Shown here: in pieces, positions 52,793 through 61,583 of the stretch | Layout: every line of letters starts with the position of its first letter | Numbering within the stretch: the stretch's first letter is position 1 | Source of the DNA: Candidatus Peribacteraceae bacterium | GTDB lineage: Bacteria > Patescibacteriota > Gracilibacteria > Peribacterales > Peribacteraceae | Assembly: GCA_041666245.1 (NCBI GenBank) | Contig: JBAYHG010000003.1 | Span: 15,977 to 79,976 of the forward strand | Direction: 5' to 3' | DNA length: 64,000 nt | The notes under the pieces: model-generated | What the model was told of the DNA's origin: nothing | What the model saw: only the letters and a program-made list of their open reading frames with translations | Database searches by the model: none | Made by a program: the position numbers and the translations under genes

Positions 52793-53582
52793 AGAGGGAG
52801 CCATCGGCTCCGTCATCGAACGTCTGCGCAGGGTCGTCCCCGGCGCGGAGATCATCGTGGTGGATGACGGCAGCGCGGACGGCACGGCCGCCGCCGCAGA
52901 AGCGACCGGGGCGCAGGTTATCCGTCGTCCCGGCAACGGCGGGTACGGACGGAGCATCAAGGACGGGGTGAACGTCGCGACGAACGACACCATCGTCATC
53001 ACGGATGCGGACGGTACCTATCCCGTCGAAGAGATTCCTGCGCTGCTAGAGAAGAAGAAGGCGGGGTTCGACATGGTCGTGGGTGCGCGGCAGGGGAAAT
53101 TTTACCGCGGGTCTTTGCTCAAGAGAGCCGCCCGCTTCTGCCTCAAGCTCATCGTGGAATTCGCCACGGGCCGCCGCATTCCGGATGTGAATTCCGGCCT
53201 GCGCGTTTTCTCGAAGGCAGTCGTTTCGCCGCTCTTCCCGGATATCTGCGAGGGATTCAGTTTCTCGACGACGATCACGCTCCTCCACCACCTCACACAC
53301 CGGTCCGTGGCGTACGTTCCTGTTGCCTATGAGCGGCGCACGGGCTCATCCAAGGTCAGTCATCTCCATGACACGCTGCGCACGCTCCAGTACATCACGG
53401 AGTGCCTCATCCACTACAACCCGCTCAAGCTCACGATCCTCCTCTGTGCTGTCGTGTTCCTCGTGGGGGCTGTCACGTCCTTCTGGTTCGGTCCCTATGC
53501 AGTCCTTGAAGCATTCCTCTTCACGGCCCTCGTCTTTGCGCTCGGGTGCGTCATGGAGGGCAACAGGAAACCTCGCAGATGA
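52755..53582 (+). CDS. GT2 glycosyltransferase with C-terminal TM helices (polyprenyl-phosphate sugar synthase type)
   Basis: MNAVSVIIPAYNEEGAIGSVIERL..IIVVDDGSADGT..ITDADGTYP..SGLRVF..plus the C-terminal hydrophobic LKLTILLCAVVFLVGAVTSFWFGPYAVLEAFLFTALVFALGCV. Confidence 0.85.
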   Translation: MNAVSVIIPAYNEEGAIGSVIERLRRVVPGAEIIVVDDGSADGTAAAAEATGAQVIRRPGNGGYGRSIKDGVNVATNDTIVITDADGTYPVEEIPALLEKKKAGFDMVVGARQGKFYRGSLLKRAARFCLKLIVEFATGRRIPDVNSGLRVFSKAVVSPLFPDICEGFSFSTTITLLHHLTHRSVAYVPVAYERRTGSSKVSHLHDTLRTLQYITECLIHYNPLKLTILLCAVVFLVGAVTSFWFGPYAVLEAFLFTALVFALGCVMEGNRKPRR

Positions 53583-53609
53583 GACGCGGGATGTTGAGTG
53601 TGGGTCCTC

Positions 53610-54680
53610 TTACACGTAGACCAGAAACTTGTAGAAGAAGAAATTCCAGGACACGACCACGCCGATTCCGATGACTTTCGCCCACATGGGACCGATGCTC
53701 AAGTGGTCCACGAGGACGTAGACGATGAGTATCTGGGCGAGGATGTTCCACACCGTCAGGATGCCGTAGCGAAATGCGTGGTGAAAGAACCGCTCTTTCT
53801 TCCGGAAGACGAGGTACTTGTGCAGGAGGAAGGCGGAGACGATGCCGACGATCGCGGAGGTCGGTGTCGCGACGAGGTAATGGACTCCGAGGATGAGGAG
53901 GAGCTTGTACGACAGGAGTTCCAGTGCCGCGGCCGTGCCACCACTCGCGAGGTAGCGGAGGAATTGTGTGATCAAGTGCCGGTGCGTGCGAAGGAACGAC
54001 CGTTCGCGAACACAGATGAGAAGTCCCGTGAGGCATCCTTTCCATGCGTCGGCGAAGCGGATTTTCTTGCCTTCTTCCAGTGAGCGCGGGTGGTAGGTGA
54101 TCGGCACTTCGTGCATGGTGATCCCCCGTGCGAGCGGGTAGCAGCAGAGCTCGGCCTCCAGCTCGAACCCGCGCGCCGTGAGCGGCAGAGAGCGCAGGAG
54201 GTCTGTGGGGAAGAGTTTGTAGCAGGTGTAGGAGTCTGTGAGGCGGGACGCGAAGAGGAGGTTGAGGATTCCCGTCACGAACTTGTTGCCGAGGAGATAG
54301 CGCCGGTAGAGGTTGGGATTGGGACGGAGGAAGCGGGAGCCGAGAACCACGCTTCCGGGGTTCTGTTCCGCGAGCGTGAGGAGGGAGAGGATCTCACGGG
54401 GATCGTACTCAAGGTCGGCATCCTGAATGGCCGTGAAAGCCCCCGTTGCCTGTGTGATGCCGAGGCGGACTGCCGATCCTTTTCCACCATTCTCCTTCGT
54501 GAGAACCAGATCTTCAGGTCGTGCGTTTCCGTGGAGGAGAGCGAGGGAGCCGTCCTTCGAGCCGTCATCGACGTAAATGATCTGCGCTTCGGGGCATGCA
54601 TCCATGAGTTCCCGCATGGCGGCGAGGAGGGTCCGTTCCTCGTTGTAGACCGGCATGATGATGGAGAGGCGCGGGGGCAT
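53610..54680 (-). CDS. GT2 glycosyltransferase fused to a C-terminal GtrA domain
   Basis: MPPRLSIIMPVYNEERTL..IIYVDDGSKDGS..IQDADLEYDP..then ..ITQFLRYLASGGTAAALELLSY..FLLHKYLVFRKKE..VVSWNFFFYKFLVYV. The C-terminal ~130 aa parallel the free-standing GtrA at 44702. Confidence 0.85.
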   Translation of the reverse strand: MPPRLSIIMPVYNEERTLLAAMRELMDACPEAQIIYVDDGSKDGSLALLHGNARPEDLVLTKENGGKGSAVRLGITQATGAFTAIQDADLEYDPREILSLLTLAEQNPGSVVLGSRFLRPNPNLYRRYLLGNKFVTGILNLLFASRLTDSYTCYKLFPTDLLRSLPLTARGFELEAELCCYPLARGITMHEVPITYHPRSLEEGKKIRFADAWKGCLTGLLICVRERSFLRTHRHLITQFLRYLASGGTAAALELLSYKLLLILGVHYLVATPTSAIVGIVSAFLLHKYLVFRKKERFFHHAFRYGILTVWNILAQILIVYVLVDHLSIGPMWAKVIGIGVVVSWNFFFYKFLVYV

Positions 54681-55852
54681 CAGAGGATGATGAAGGGATG
54701 GACCGAGGTGGCAAGTGCAAGCGCCCCACCGAGGCCGAGCAGCAGCACAGCCGCGGCGAAGTACTTCGCAGGCAGCGTGTCACGTGTCGCTGCATGAAGC
54801 AAGATCGCGGGGTACACAGGCGTGATGACCCTTCCGATGGAGGTGATGGAGCCCCAGATGACGATTGGCATCATCGTCATGAGGGCGAGGAAGGTGAACG
54901 CGGCGAGCGGGAGGAAGGTTCGTTGCCGCTTACGGATCATTTCATCGAGGCTCCAGAGGAGTGCCGGAAGGACGAAGAGGAGCGCGAGAGGGATGGAGGT
55001 GAGTGTCAGACGGTTATACCCGTAGGTTCCCGCGAGGAGCGGTACGACCGCTCCGAAGGGGAAGGTGAATTTCGCAGTGCTCCAAAGGAAGGGGATCGAA
55101 CCGAAGATGCCGAAGATCACGCCGTGCCACGCAAGGAAGGCGCCTGCGGGGATGAAGAGGAGGAGAGCCTCGTGCCACTGTTTCTTCCATAGTGAATACA
55201 GGAAGAGAAGACCGACGACGAGGATATTCACTTCGCGCGTCAGGACGAGGAGTGAGAGGAGGAACAAATCGAAGGCATGGAGATGTGATCGTTTCCTATA
55301 TCGGAGAAGGAGCGCCGTCAGAAGGAAGATCGTCAGCGGTTCGGCGAGGGAGAAGTGCAGGCCGATGAGTGCGGCGGGGGAGAGAGCAAGAGCAAGGGCG
55401 TATGGCCACCAGCGTCTGTTCGTTTCGATGATCAGCGTCGCGGTCCCGAGCAGGCACAGGAATTGGATGAGGAGGAAGCTCCACGGCAGAAGAGCGTCCT
55501 GTCCGAGCGCAAAGGTGAATGCGAGGACTGGCAGGAGGATCCGCTGCCAGGCATAAGGGCCGGGGAGCCGCTGTCGCACCGCTTCCCATTGTCCGGTCAT
55601 CACGAGAGGGAGGGTCCGGGCGAGCTGGTAGTACTGCGCGCCGTCGTAGGCGGGGACCGAAAGGACGACGAATCCGGAAGGCGGGACGTGGTTCTCCGCG
55701 AGTGGTGTATCCAGATGGAAGAGCGCCGAGACATTGCCGTTGTACGGCAGGAGCGTCAGAGTAAGGAGACTCGCGAGGATGAAGGCGAGAAGCAGGATCG
55801 GCCAGTGTTTGCGGATCTTAGCGCGCATCAGATGCAGGAGCGTGCGCGACAT
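54680..55852 (-). CDS. Polytopic membrane protein (about 12 TM; glycopolymer polymerase/GT-C-like candidate)
   Basis: MSRTLLHLMRAKIRKHWPILLLAFILASLL..VPAYDGAQYYQLAR..then continuous TM helices. The stop shares 1 nt with the start of the GT2-GtrA gene. Alternative starts lie at 55888, 55852 and 55828. Confidence 0.6.
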   Translation of the reverse strand: MSRTLLHLMRAKIRKHWPILLLAFILASLLTLTLLPYNGNVSALFHLDTPLAENHVPPSGFVVLSVPAYDGAQYYQLARTLPLVMTGQWEAVRQRLPGPYAWQRILLPVLAFTFALGQDALLPWSFLLIQFLCLLGTATLIIETNRRWWPYALALALSPAALIGLHFSLAEPLTIFLLTALLLRYRKRSHLHAFDLFLLSLLVLTREVNILVVGLLFLYSLWKKQWHEALLLFIPAGAFLAWHGVIFGIFGSIPFLWSTAKFTFPFGAVVPLLAGTYGYNRLTLTSIPLALLFVLPALLWSLDEMIRKRQRTFLPLAAFTFLALMTMMPIVIWGSITSIGRVITPVYPAILLHAATRDTLPAKYFAAAVLLLGLGGALALATSVHPFIIL

Positions 55853-56555
55853 CCATGAAGGCTTCCTCCACTGTCGCTTTCCGCGCAATGACGCACAGAT
55901 GGCTGCCGGTGTGCGGGAAGAGAAGGAGCAGGAGACGAGTGAGGATGCCGCGGGCTTTCGATGTCGCGCCGATGTTTTCGATCACGAAACCATGTGTCTC
56001 GAGGAGTTGCCGGAGCATCGCAGGCGTGTAGAAGATCTTGTGTTGCGGTTGGAGCAGTACCTGCCCTTTCTCTCTCAATTCGGAGAAGGCGTTCCTTGCC
56101 TCATGGAAGGACAACGTGCGGTTGTCACCCATGGAACTTTCGCGGCGGAAGAGGAAACCCATGATAGTGCCGATGCGGTATGGATTGGGCGTGTCGAGCA
56201 GGAGGAGACCTCCCGGTTTCAGGATGCGCCGGCATTCCCGGATCATCATCGAAGGCGTCCACGTGTGTTCGATGATCTCTCCCGCGTAGACCGTATCGAA
56301 TGAACCGTTCTCAAACGGCGCATGTTCCAGATCGCCGACGACCTGATTCGGCAAGGCAAGTTTCCGCGTCAGGCCTTCGTTGGAGTCGAGGCCCACGTAC
56401 GTGCCGCCTTCCGCTTCCACCGCCCGCCTCAATCTCTCATTGGTCGACTCGCCGTCACCGAGATTTCCGGCATCCAGAAGCCGTATCGGTTTCTTCGGAA
56501 GCGACTCCAACACGAACCCGAGACGGCCGGGGTACGATCGAAAGGTGAAGCGCAT
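55818..56555 (-). CDS. Class I SAM-dependent methyltransferase
   Basis: ..IRLLDAGNLGDGES..YVGLDSN..DLEHAPFENGSFDTVYAGEIIEHTWTP..LKPGGLLLLDTPN... Confidence 0.8.
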   Translation of the reverse strand: MRFTFRSYPGRLGFVLESLPKKPIRLLDAGNLGDGESTNERLRRAVEAEGGTYVGLDSNEGLTRKLALPNQVVGDLEHAPFENGSFDTVYAGEIIEHTWTPSMMIRECRRILKPGGLLLLDTPNPYRIGTIMGFLFRRESSMGDNRTLSFHEARNAFSELREKGQVLLQPQHKIFYTPAMLRQLLETHGFVIENIGATSKARGILTRLLLLLFPHTGSHLCVIARKATVEEAFMDVAHAPASDAR

Positions 56556-56560
56556 GGGGA

Positions 56561-57835
56561 TCAGAGCGTAAGGTACGAGGCTCCCGTGGTCGAGACGACA
56601 GCAGGGTCGATGACACCCTTCAGGTCAAAGAGAATACCGTCCGGGGAAAGCGCCTTCAGCAACCCCTTTGCTCCCAAGGTGACGTACGGTGTGTGCGTGA
56701 CGAGCAGAACGATGGCGTCGTAGGGGCCACGTTCCAAGGTTCCCGGCCTGAAGCCGAGTTTCGAAATTGCCTCTTCGGGAAGAAACGGGTCGTGCGCTTC
56801 CACGGCGAAACCGCGCTTCATCAGGTGTTTCACCACATCCTGCGCCTTGCTGTTCCTGGTGTCGGGAATGTCCTCTTTGAACGTGAGGCCGAGGACGAGG
56901 ATGCGCGCATTCTTCTTCCCACCCAACGCCGCAGCCACGCGTTCCGCCACATACCCGCTCATGCCGTCGTTGGTCGATCGCCCGGCCGTGATCACGTGCG
57001 TCGTCATGCCGAGCTGCTTCGCTTTCTCCACGAGGTAGTACGGATCCACGCCGATACAGTGGCCGCCGACGAGGCCGGGAGAAAACTTGAGGAAGTTCCA
57101 CTTCGTGCCCGCCGCCGCCAGTACATCCTTCGTCGAGATGCCGATCTTTCCGCAGAGCATCGCGATCTCATTCATGAAGGCGATATTGATGTCGCGCTGC
57201 GCGTTCTCGATGGCTTTGGCCATCTCCGCCACTTTGAGCGACGGTGCGCGATGCACGCCCGCCACGATCACTGATCCGTAGAGATCCATGAGCGCATCCG
57301 TGGTCTTCTCGTCCTGCCCGGACACGATCTTCCGGATCTTTGTGACCGTGTGCTCCTTGTCGCCGGGGTTGATCCGTTCCGGCGAGTAGCCGAGAGTGAA
57401 ATCCTTTCCGCATTTCATTCCTGAATGTTTCTCGAGGATGGGACCGCAGAGCTCCTCCGTGACGCCGGGGTAGACGGTCGATTCGTAGACGACGATGGCG
57501 CTCTTCTTCAGGTTCTTCCCGACGGTTTCCGAAGCCTGGAAAAGAATCGTCATGTCGGGGTTGTTCTCTTCATCAATGGGTGTCGGGAGAGCCATGATGA
57601 CCACGTCACCGTTCTTGATGATCGCGGGGTCTGTCGAGAACTCGATCTTCGCCTCTCCCAATTGTGTTTCGCTCAATTCCAGCGTTGAGTCCTTGCCCGC
57701 CTTCAATTCCTCCACGCGCCGCTTCGAGATGTCATACCCGAAGACAGGATGCCCCTTCTTCGCGAAGGCGTGCGCGAGCGGGAGGCCCACGTAGCCGAGT
57801 CCCACGACGCAGATCGAACAACGGTCGGTATCCAT
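56561..57835 (-). CDS. Nucleotide-sugar 6-dehydrogenase (TviB/WbpO/WbpA-like UDP-N-acetylhexosamine dehydrogenase family)
   Basis: ..ICVVGLGYVGLPLAHAFAKKGHPVFGYDISKRRVEELKAGKD..ALPTPID..YESTVYPGVTEE..GYSPERINPGD..GGHCIGVDPYYL..LGLTFKEDIPDTRNS... Confidence 0.88.
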   Translation of the reverse strand: MDTDRCSICVVGLGYVGLPLAHAFAKKGHPVFGYDISKRRVEELKAGKDSTLELSETQLGEAKIEFSTDPAIIKNGDVVIMALPTPIDEENNPDMTILFQASETVGKNLKKSAIVVYESTVYPGVTEELCGPILEKHSGMKCGKDFTLGYSPERINPGDKEHTVTKIRKIVSGQDEKTTDALMDLYGSVIVAGVHRAPSLKVAEMAKAIENAQRDINIAFMNEIAMLCGKIGISTKDVLAAAGTKWNFLKFSPGLVGGHCIGVDPYYLVEKAKQLGMTTHVITAGRSTNDGMSGYVAERVAAALGGKKNARILVLGLTFKEDIPDTRNSKAQDVVKHLMKRGFAVEAHDPFLPEEAISKLGFRPGTLERGPYDAIVLLVTHTPYVTLGAKGLLKALSPDGILFDLKGVIDPAVVSTTGASYLTL

Positions 57836-57895
57836 GTGGGCATTCTACGGCAGGGGGTGCCGCCTGCAAGGGAGATGCGCTGCAGTTGGAATGTG

Positions 57896-59383
57896 ATGTA
57901 CCATGCCTTCATGCAGTCGGAAGCAGCGTCTTCTTGCGATGTCCTCATTCTCGGCGGGGGTCCCGCGGGCATGGCCGCGGCCATGGAGCTCGTGCGCGCG
58001 GGCCGGCATCCGTTGATCGTGGAGAAGGATGCACAGGTGGGAGGTCTCGCGCAGACCCTGCGCTTCGAGCAGCCGGAGGGCACGTACCTCACGGACATCG
58101 GCCCGCACCGCTTCTTCAGCAAGAACAAGTATCTGTACGATTTCATCGGGGATCTTCTCGGAGAGGAGTGGCGGAAGATCCCGCGACACACCCGTTTCTT
58201 CGTGGACGGAAAGTTCTACCACTACCCGGTGCGCCTCGGACAGGTCCTGCGCAACGTCGGTCCCTTGAACGCTTTTCACGCGATGTGGGATTACCTGCTC
58301 GCCCGCCTCTTCCCCCGCGAAATCCGCACGTTTGAGGACCATTCGATCAACACCTTCGGTCGCTGGCTGGCCGCGTTCAACATGCTCAACTACACTGAGA
58401 AGATCTGGGGGATTCCATGCAACCAGATCAGCGTGGACTGGGCGACACAGCGCATCGCAGACCTCAGCATCTGGTCCATCCTAAAGAAAGCTCTCTTCCG
58501 CGGACAGCAGGGTCCGAAGACGCTCACCGATTCCTTCTACTACCCCTCGCTGGGGAGCGGGCTCATCTACCGGAGGATCCGCGAACGGGTCGAGGAACGC
58601 GGCGGGGAGGTCCGTACGAGTGCGCAGCCCGTTGCCATCCATTGGGAGGGGCGGCGCGTGACGAGCGTGGAGGTTTCATCCGCGGGGGGCACACAGGCCT
58701 TCTCCCCGCAGGCGGTCGTTCATTCCGTTCCGCTCACGCAGACGGTACACCTCTTCCATCCGTCTCCACCGGCGGAGGTGATGGAAGCCGCCTCCGCACT
58801 CCGATTTCGCTCGCAGGTGTACCTCTTCCTCACGGTGAACCGCGAACGCATCGGACCGGACAACTGGGTGTATTTTCCGGATCTGGAAGTCCCCTTCGGT
58901 CGCATGAGCGAGATGAAGAATTTCAGCGAGCGCATGTGTCCGACCGGAAGGACGTCACTCTTCATCGAATTCTTCTGCTTCGAGGGGGATGACATCTGGA
59001 AGGCTTCGAAGGAGGAACTCTTCGAACGATCCATGCCCTGGCTGGAGCGACTTGGCTTCCTTCGTCGGGAAGAAGTGACGAGCATGCACCACCTGCGGCG
59101 GGCGAATTCATACCCTCTCTACGATCTGTCCTACCACGGGCACGTGCAGACCGTACTCAGGTGGCTGGACGGGTTCGAGAATTTCTACGCAGTGGGGCGT
59201 CCCGGTCGTTTCCGTTATACCAACCAGGATCACTCGCAGGAGATGGGCATCCTCGCGGCGCAGAGTATCCTCGACGGGCGCCGCCGGGATCTGGATCAGG
59301 TCGGTGCGGAGGATGAGTACTTCGAAAGAGGCTTTGTTCCTGAGCAGTACAAGCGTGTCATGGTGAGCGCAGTCGAACCATAG
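57896..59383 (+). CDS. FAD-dependent oxidoreductase (amine-oxidase/PPOX-like fold)
   Basis: ..CDVLILGGGPAGMAAAMELVRAGRHPLIVEKDAQVGGLA..YPSLGSGLIY..GRPGRFRYTNQDHS... It has an N-terminal GxGxxG dinucleotide fold. The start could be the ATG at 57896 or at 57911. Confidence 0.75.
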   Translation: MYHAFMQSEAASSCDVLILGGGPAGMAAAMELVRAGRHPLIVEKDAQVGGLAQTLRFEQPEGTYLTDIGPHRFFSKNKYLYDFIGDLLGEEWRKIPRHTRFFVDGKFYHYPVRLGQVLRNVGPLNAFHAMWDYLLARLFPREIRTFEDHSINTFGRWLAAFNMLNYTEKIWGIPCNQISVDWATQRIADLSIWSILKKALFRGQQGPKTLTDSFYYPSLGSGLIYRRIRERVEERGGEVRTSAQPVAIHWEGRRVTSVEVSSAGGTQAFSPQAVVHSVPLTQTVHLFHPSPPAEVMEAASALRFRSQVYLFLTVNRERIGPDNWVYFPDLEVPFGRMSEMKNFSERMCPTGRTSLFIEFFCFEGDDIWKASKEELFERSMPWLERLGFLRREEVTSMHHLRRANSYPLYDLSYHGHVQTVLRWLDGFENFYAVGRPGRFRYTNQDHSQEMGILAAQSILDGRRRDLDQVGAEDEYFERGFVPEQYKRVMVSAVEP

Positions 59384-59414
59384 ACACGCGGATGTTCCCC
59401 TTTGACGGAGCCTG

Positions 59415-59441
59415 CCCTGAGCAAAGTCGAAGGGCTCAGGG
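59415..59441. terminator. REP-like hairpin between convergent genes (bidirectional terminator candidate)
   Basis: CCCTGAGC-AAAGTCGAAGG-GCTCAGGG has an 8-bp perfect stem, read directly from the sequence. It lies between the stops at 59383 (+) and 59459 (-). Confidence 0.5.
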
Positions 59442-59458
59442 TGACACCGCTTCGAAAA

Positions 59459-60367
59459 TCATGTGTGCTTCAGATACCACGCGACCGCTTTCTCCATGCC
59501 TTCGCGGAACGGCGTTTTCGGATCGAATCCGAGCTCCTTGCGTGCCTTGGTGATGTCCGCCACGTAGTGTGTCACTTCGCCGGTGCGCGGCGGCGCGAAG
59601 GAGACGCTCGAGGAGCTCTTCGTGAGTTCCTTCACGATCTCGGCGCATGAAACGAGAGTGGAACCGCTGCCGAAGGCGAGATTGAACGTTTCCCCCTTAA
59701 TAGTGTCGAACCGTTCGAGTACCTGGATGATGCCGGAAACGGTGTCGTCGATGTACGTGAAATCCAGGAGTTTCCCCTTCCCGAAGATGACGAGCGGTTC
59801 GTTCTTGCGCGCCTGCCGGATGAAGAGCGGCACCACGCGGTCCGAGACGTCGTACGCGCCGTAGACATTGGAAAAACGGAGGATGACCGGTGTCAGGCCG
59901 TAGCATTTCTCGTAGGACGTTACGAGCGCTTCCCCGCCCAGCTTGCTCGCGGTGTAGGGGCTCTCGCAGTTCTCCACGCGCACGAGGTCCTCGGTGCAGC
60001 GTTCCGTCTTGATGTTGCCGTAGCACTCGCGTGAGGAGGCGAAGACGAAGCGGGGGATCTTGTGCAACCGGCAAAATTCCAGGGTGCGGAAGAGCATGAC
60101 GAAATTATCGAGCGCCCGGGCTGGTTCTTTCACCAGTTCATACACCCGTGCGTTCGCCGCCAGGTGCACGACCATTTCCACGTCATGTGGGAGAGCGTCG
60201 AAGACCTTCTCATCGCGCAGATCGGCGATCAACGTGCGTTTGTTGACCGAGGGATTCCACTGATTCGGAACGAGATCGGCGCCCACGACATCGTGCCCCT
60301 CCTCGAGGAGGCGCTCGCAGAGCCGTGTGCCGATGGTGCCGGAGGAACCGGTGACCAGGAGTCGCAT
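59459..60367 (-). CDS. NAD-dependent epimerase/dehydratase (extended SDR)
   Basis: MRLLVTGSSGTIGTRLCERLLEEGHDVVGADL..VHLAANARV..FASSRECYG..SPYTASKLGGE..RFSNVYG... Confidence 0.85.
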   Translation of the reverse strand: MRLLVTGSSGTIGTRLCERLLEEGHDVVGADLVPNQWNPSVNKRTLIADLRDEKVFDALPHDVEMVVHLAANARVYELVKEPARALDNFVMLFRTLEFCRLHKIPRFVFASSRECYGNIKTERCTEDLVRVENCESPYTASKLGGEALVTSYEKCYGLTPVILRFSNVYGAYDVSDRVVPLFIRQARKNEPLVIFGKGKLLDFTYIDDTVSGIIQVLERFDTIKGETFNLAFGSGSTLVSCAEIVKELTKSSSSVSFAPPRTGEVTHYVADITKARKELGFDPKTPFREGMEKAVAWYLKHT

Positions 60368-60428
60368 GCGAGAGACAGTCTGCCTGCAAATCGTGTTTCG
60401 GGCCAGTGGCGAAGATGTTGTTGGTGGG

Positions 60429-60791
60429 CTAGCTTGCCGGTTGCTCGTTGCTGGCTCCCGAAGCGGCCCCTCCTGCCTCCGTTTCTGGCGGCCGCCCGCG
60501 TCGCAAGGTCACGCGAACTCTTGCCTGTGCAATGGATGAGAAGTCTCCGAGTTGACCCATAATGCCGGAGAGAATGGTTTCGAGGGGTTGTGTCATTTCC
60601 GGCGGAACGGTCACGATCAACCGCGCATCTCCCACTGCAACTGACACGCCCATTTCCTGTAGAGCCTGAACAGTATCTTTTCTGACTTGGAGTACTTCAA
60701 GAAGGTCGTTTCGTCTGGTGACGACCCCCCGTGATGCTCCGGTGTTTATGCAGGATGAAAGTTCGTCGTCTGTCCCTACAGTATCGCTCAT
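60429..60791 (-). CDS. Hypothetical 120-aa protein with atypical codon usage
   Basis: ORF upstream of, and co-oriented with, the SDR gene. It uses many A/T-ending codons (gat act gta aca ctt tca ata aga caa att), unlike its neighbours. I recognise no motif, so it may not be coding. Confidence 0.35.
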   Translation of the reverse strand: MSDTVGTDDELSSCINTGASRGVVTRRNDLLEVLQVRKDTVQALQEMGVSVAVGDARLIVTVPPEMTQPLETILSGIMGQLGDFSSIAQARVRVTLRRGRPPETEAGGAASGASNEQPAS

Positions 60792-60872
60792 GACATGACT
60801 CTAGGATGTCACCATGTCTTGTCAACAATATTCCTATACCCGTCTCGGCGCGGGCTGCGGTATGCTGCAAGC

Positions 60873-61583
60873 GTGCTTTCGCTCATCCTTCCCACCTATA
60901 ACGAGGCCGGTAATATCAAAGCAATCGTCGAACGGCTGCAGAAGATCCTTGCGGGAATCCCGCACGAGATCATCGTCGTCGATGATGATTCGCCGGACGG
61001 GACGTGGAAGATCGTGGAGGCATTGTCGGCGCATGATACGTCGATTCATTCTCTCCGCCGTGTCGGGCGACGCGGCCTTTCATCAGCGGTCGTTGAGGGG
61101 TTTGGCATGGCGCACGGGACGGTTCTGGCCGTGGCGGATGCGGATGGGCAGCACGACTACACGATCCTCCCCGCTCTCTACCAGGCCGTGGTTGCCAATG
61201 CGGGTCTCGCCATTGGGTCGCGGTACGTGGAAGGGGGGAGCACGGGAAATTGGAACGAGAGTCGCAGGCTTCTCTCCCGGCTCGCGACATGGCTTACCCT
61301 TTCGCTCTGCCGCGTGCATGTTGCCGATCCCATGAGCGGATTCTTCGCCATCTCGCGGCAGACATTCGAGAGCATTCGTTCCCAACTCCGTCCACGCGGT
61401 TTCAAAATTCTCTTCGAGATTCTCCTGCATGTACGGAGTGATACGGCGGTTACGGAGGCCCCCTACACATTCGGCGTACGGAAAACGGGAGAGAGCAAAA
61501 TGACTTTTCACGTAGAGCTCGCGTTCCTCTTCATGCTCTTTTCGGCGGCATTTCACCGCATTTTCACACGATCCTCTCTGTGA
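60873..61583 (+). CDS. Dpm1-like GT2 (polyprenol-phosphate mannose/hexose synthase type)
   Basis: VLSLILPTYNEAGNIKAIVERL..IIVVDDDSPDGTWKIV..RRVGRRGLSSAVVEG..VADADGQHD..GSRYVEGG..SGFFAISR... The GTG at 60873 is preferred because the ATG at 60795 would leave no spacer to the divergent ORF at 60791. The start is uncertain. Confidence 0.8.
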   Translation: MLSLILPTYNEAGNIKAIVERLQKILAGIPHEIIVVDDDSPDGTWKIVEALSAHDTSIHSLRRVGRRGLSSAVVEGFGMAHGTVLAVADADGQHDYTILPALYQAVVANAGLAIGSRYVEGGSTGNWNESRRLLSRLATWLTLSLCRVHVADPMSGFFAISRQTFESIRSQLRPRGFKILFEILLHVRSDTAVTEAPYTFGVRKTGESKMTFHVELAFLFMLFSAAFHRIFTRSSL

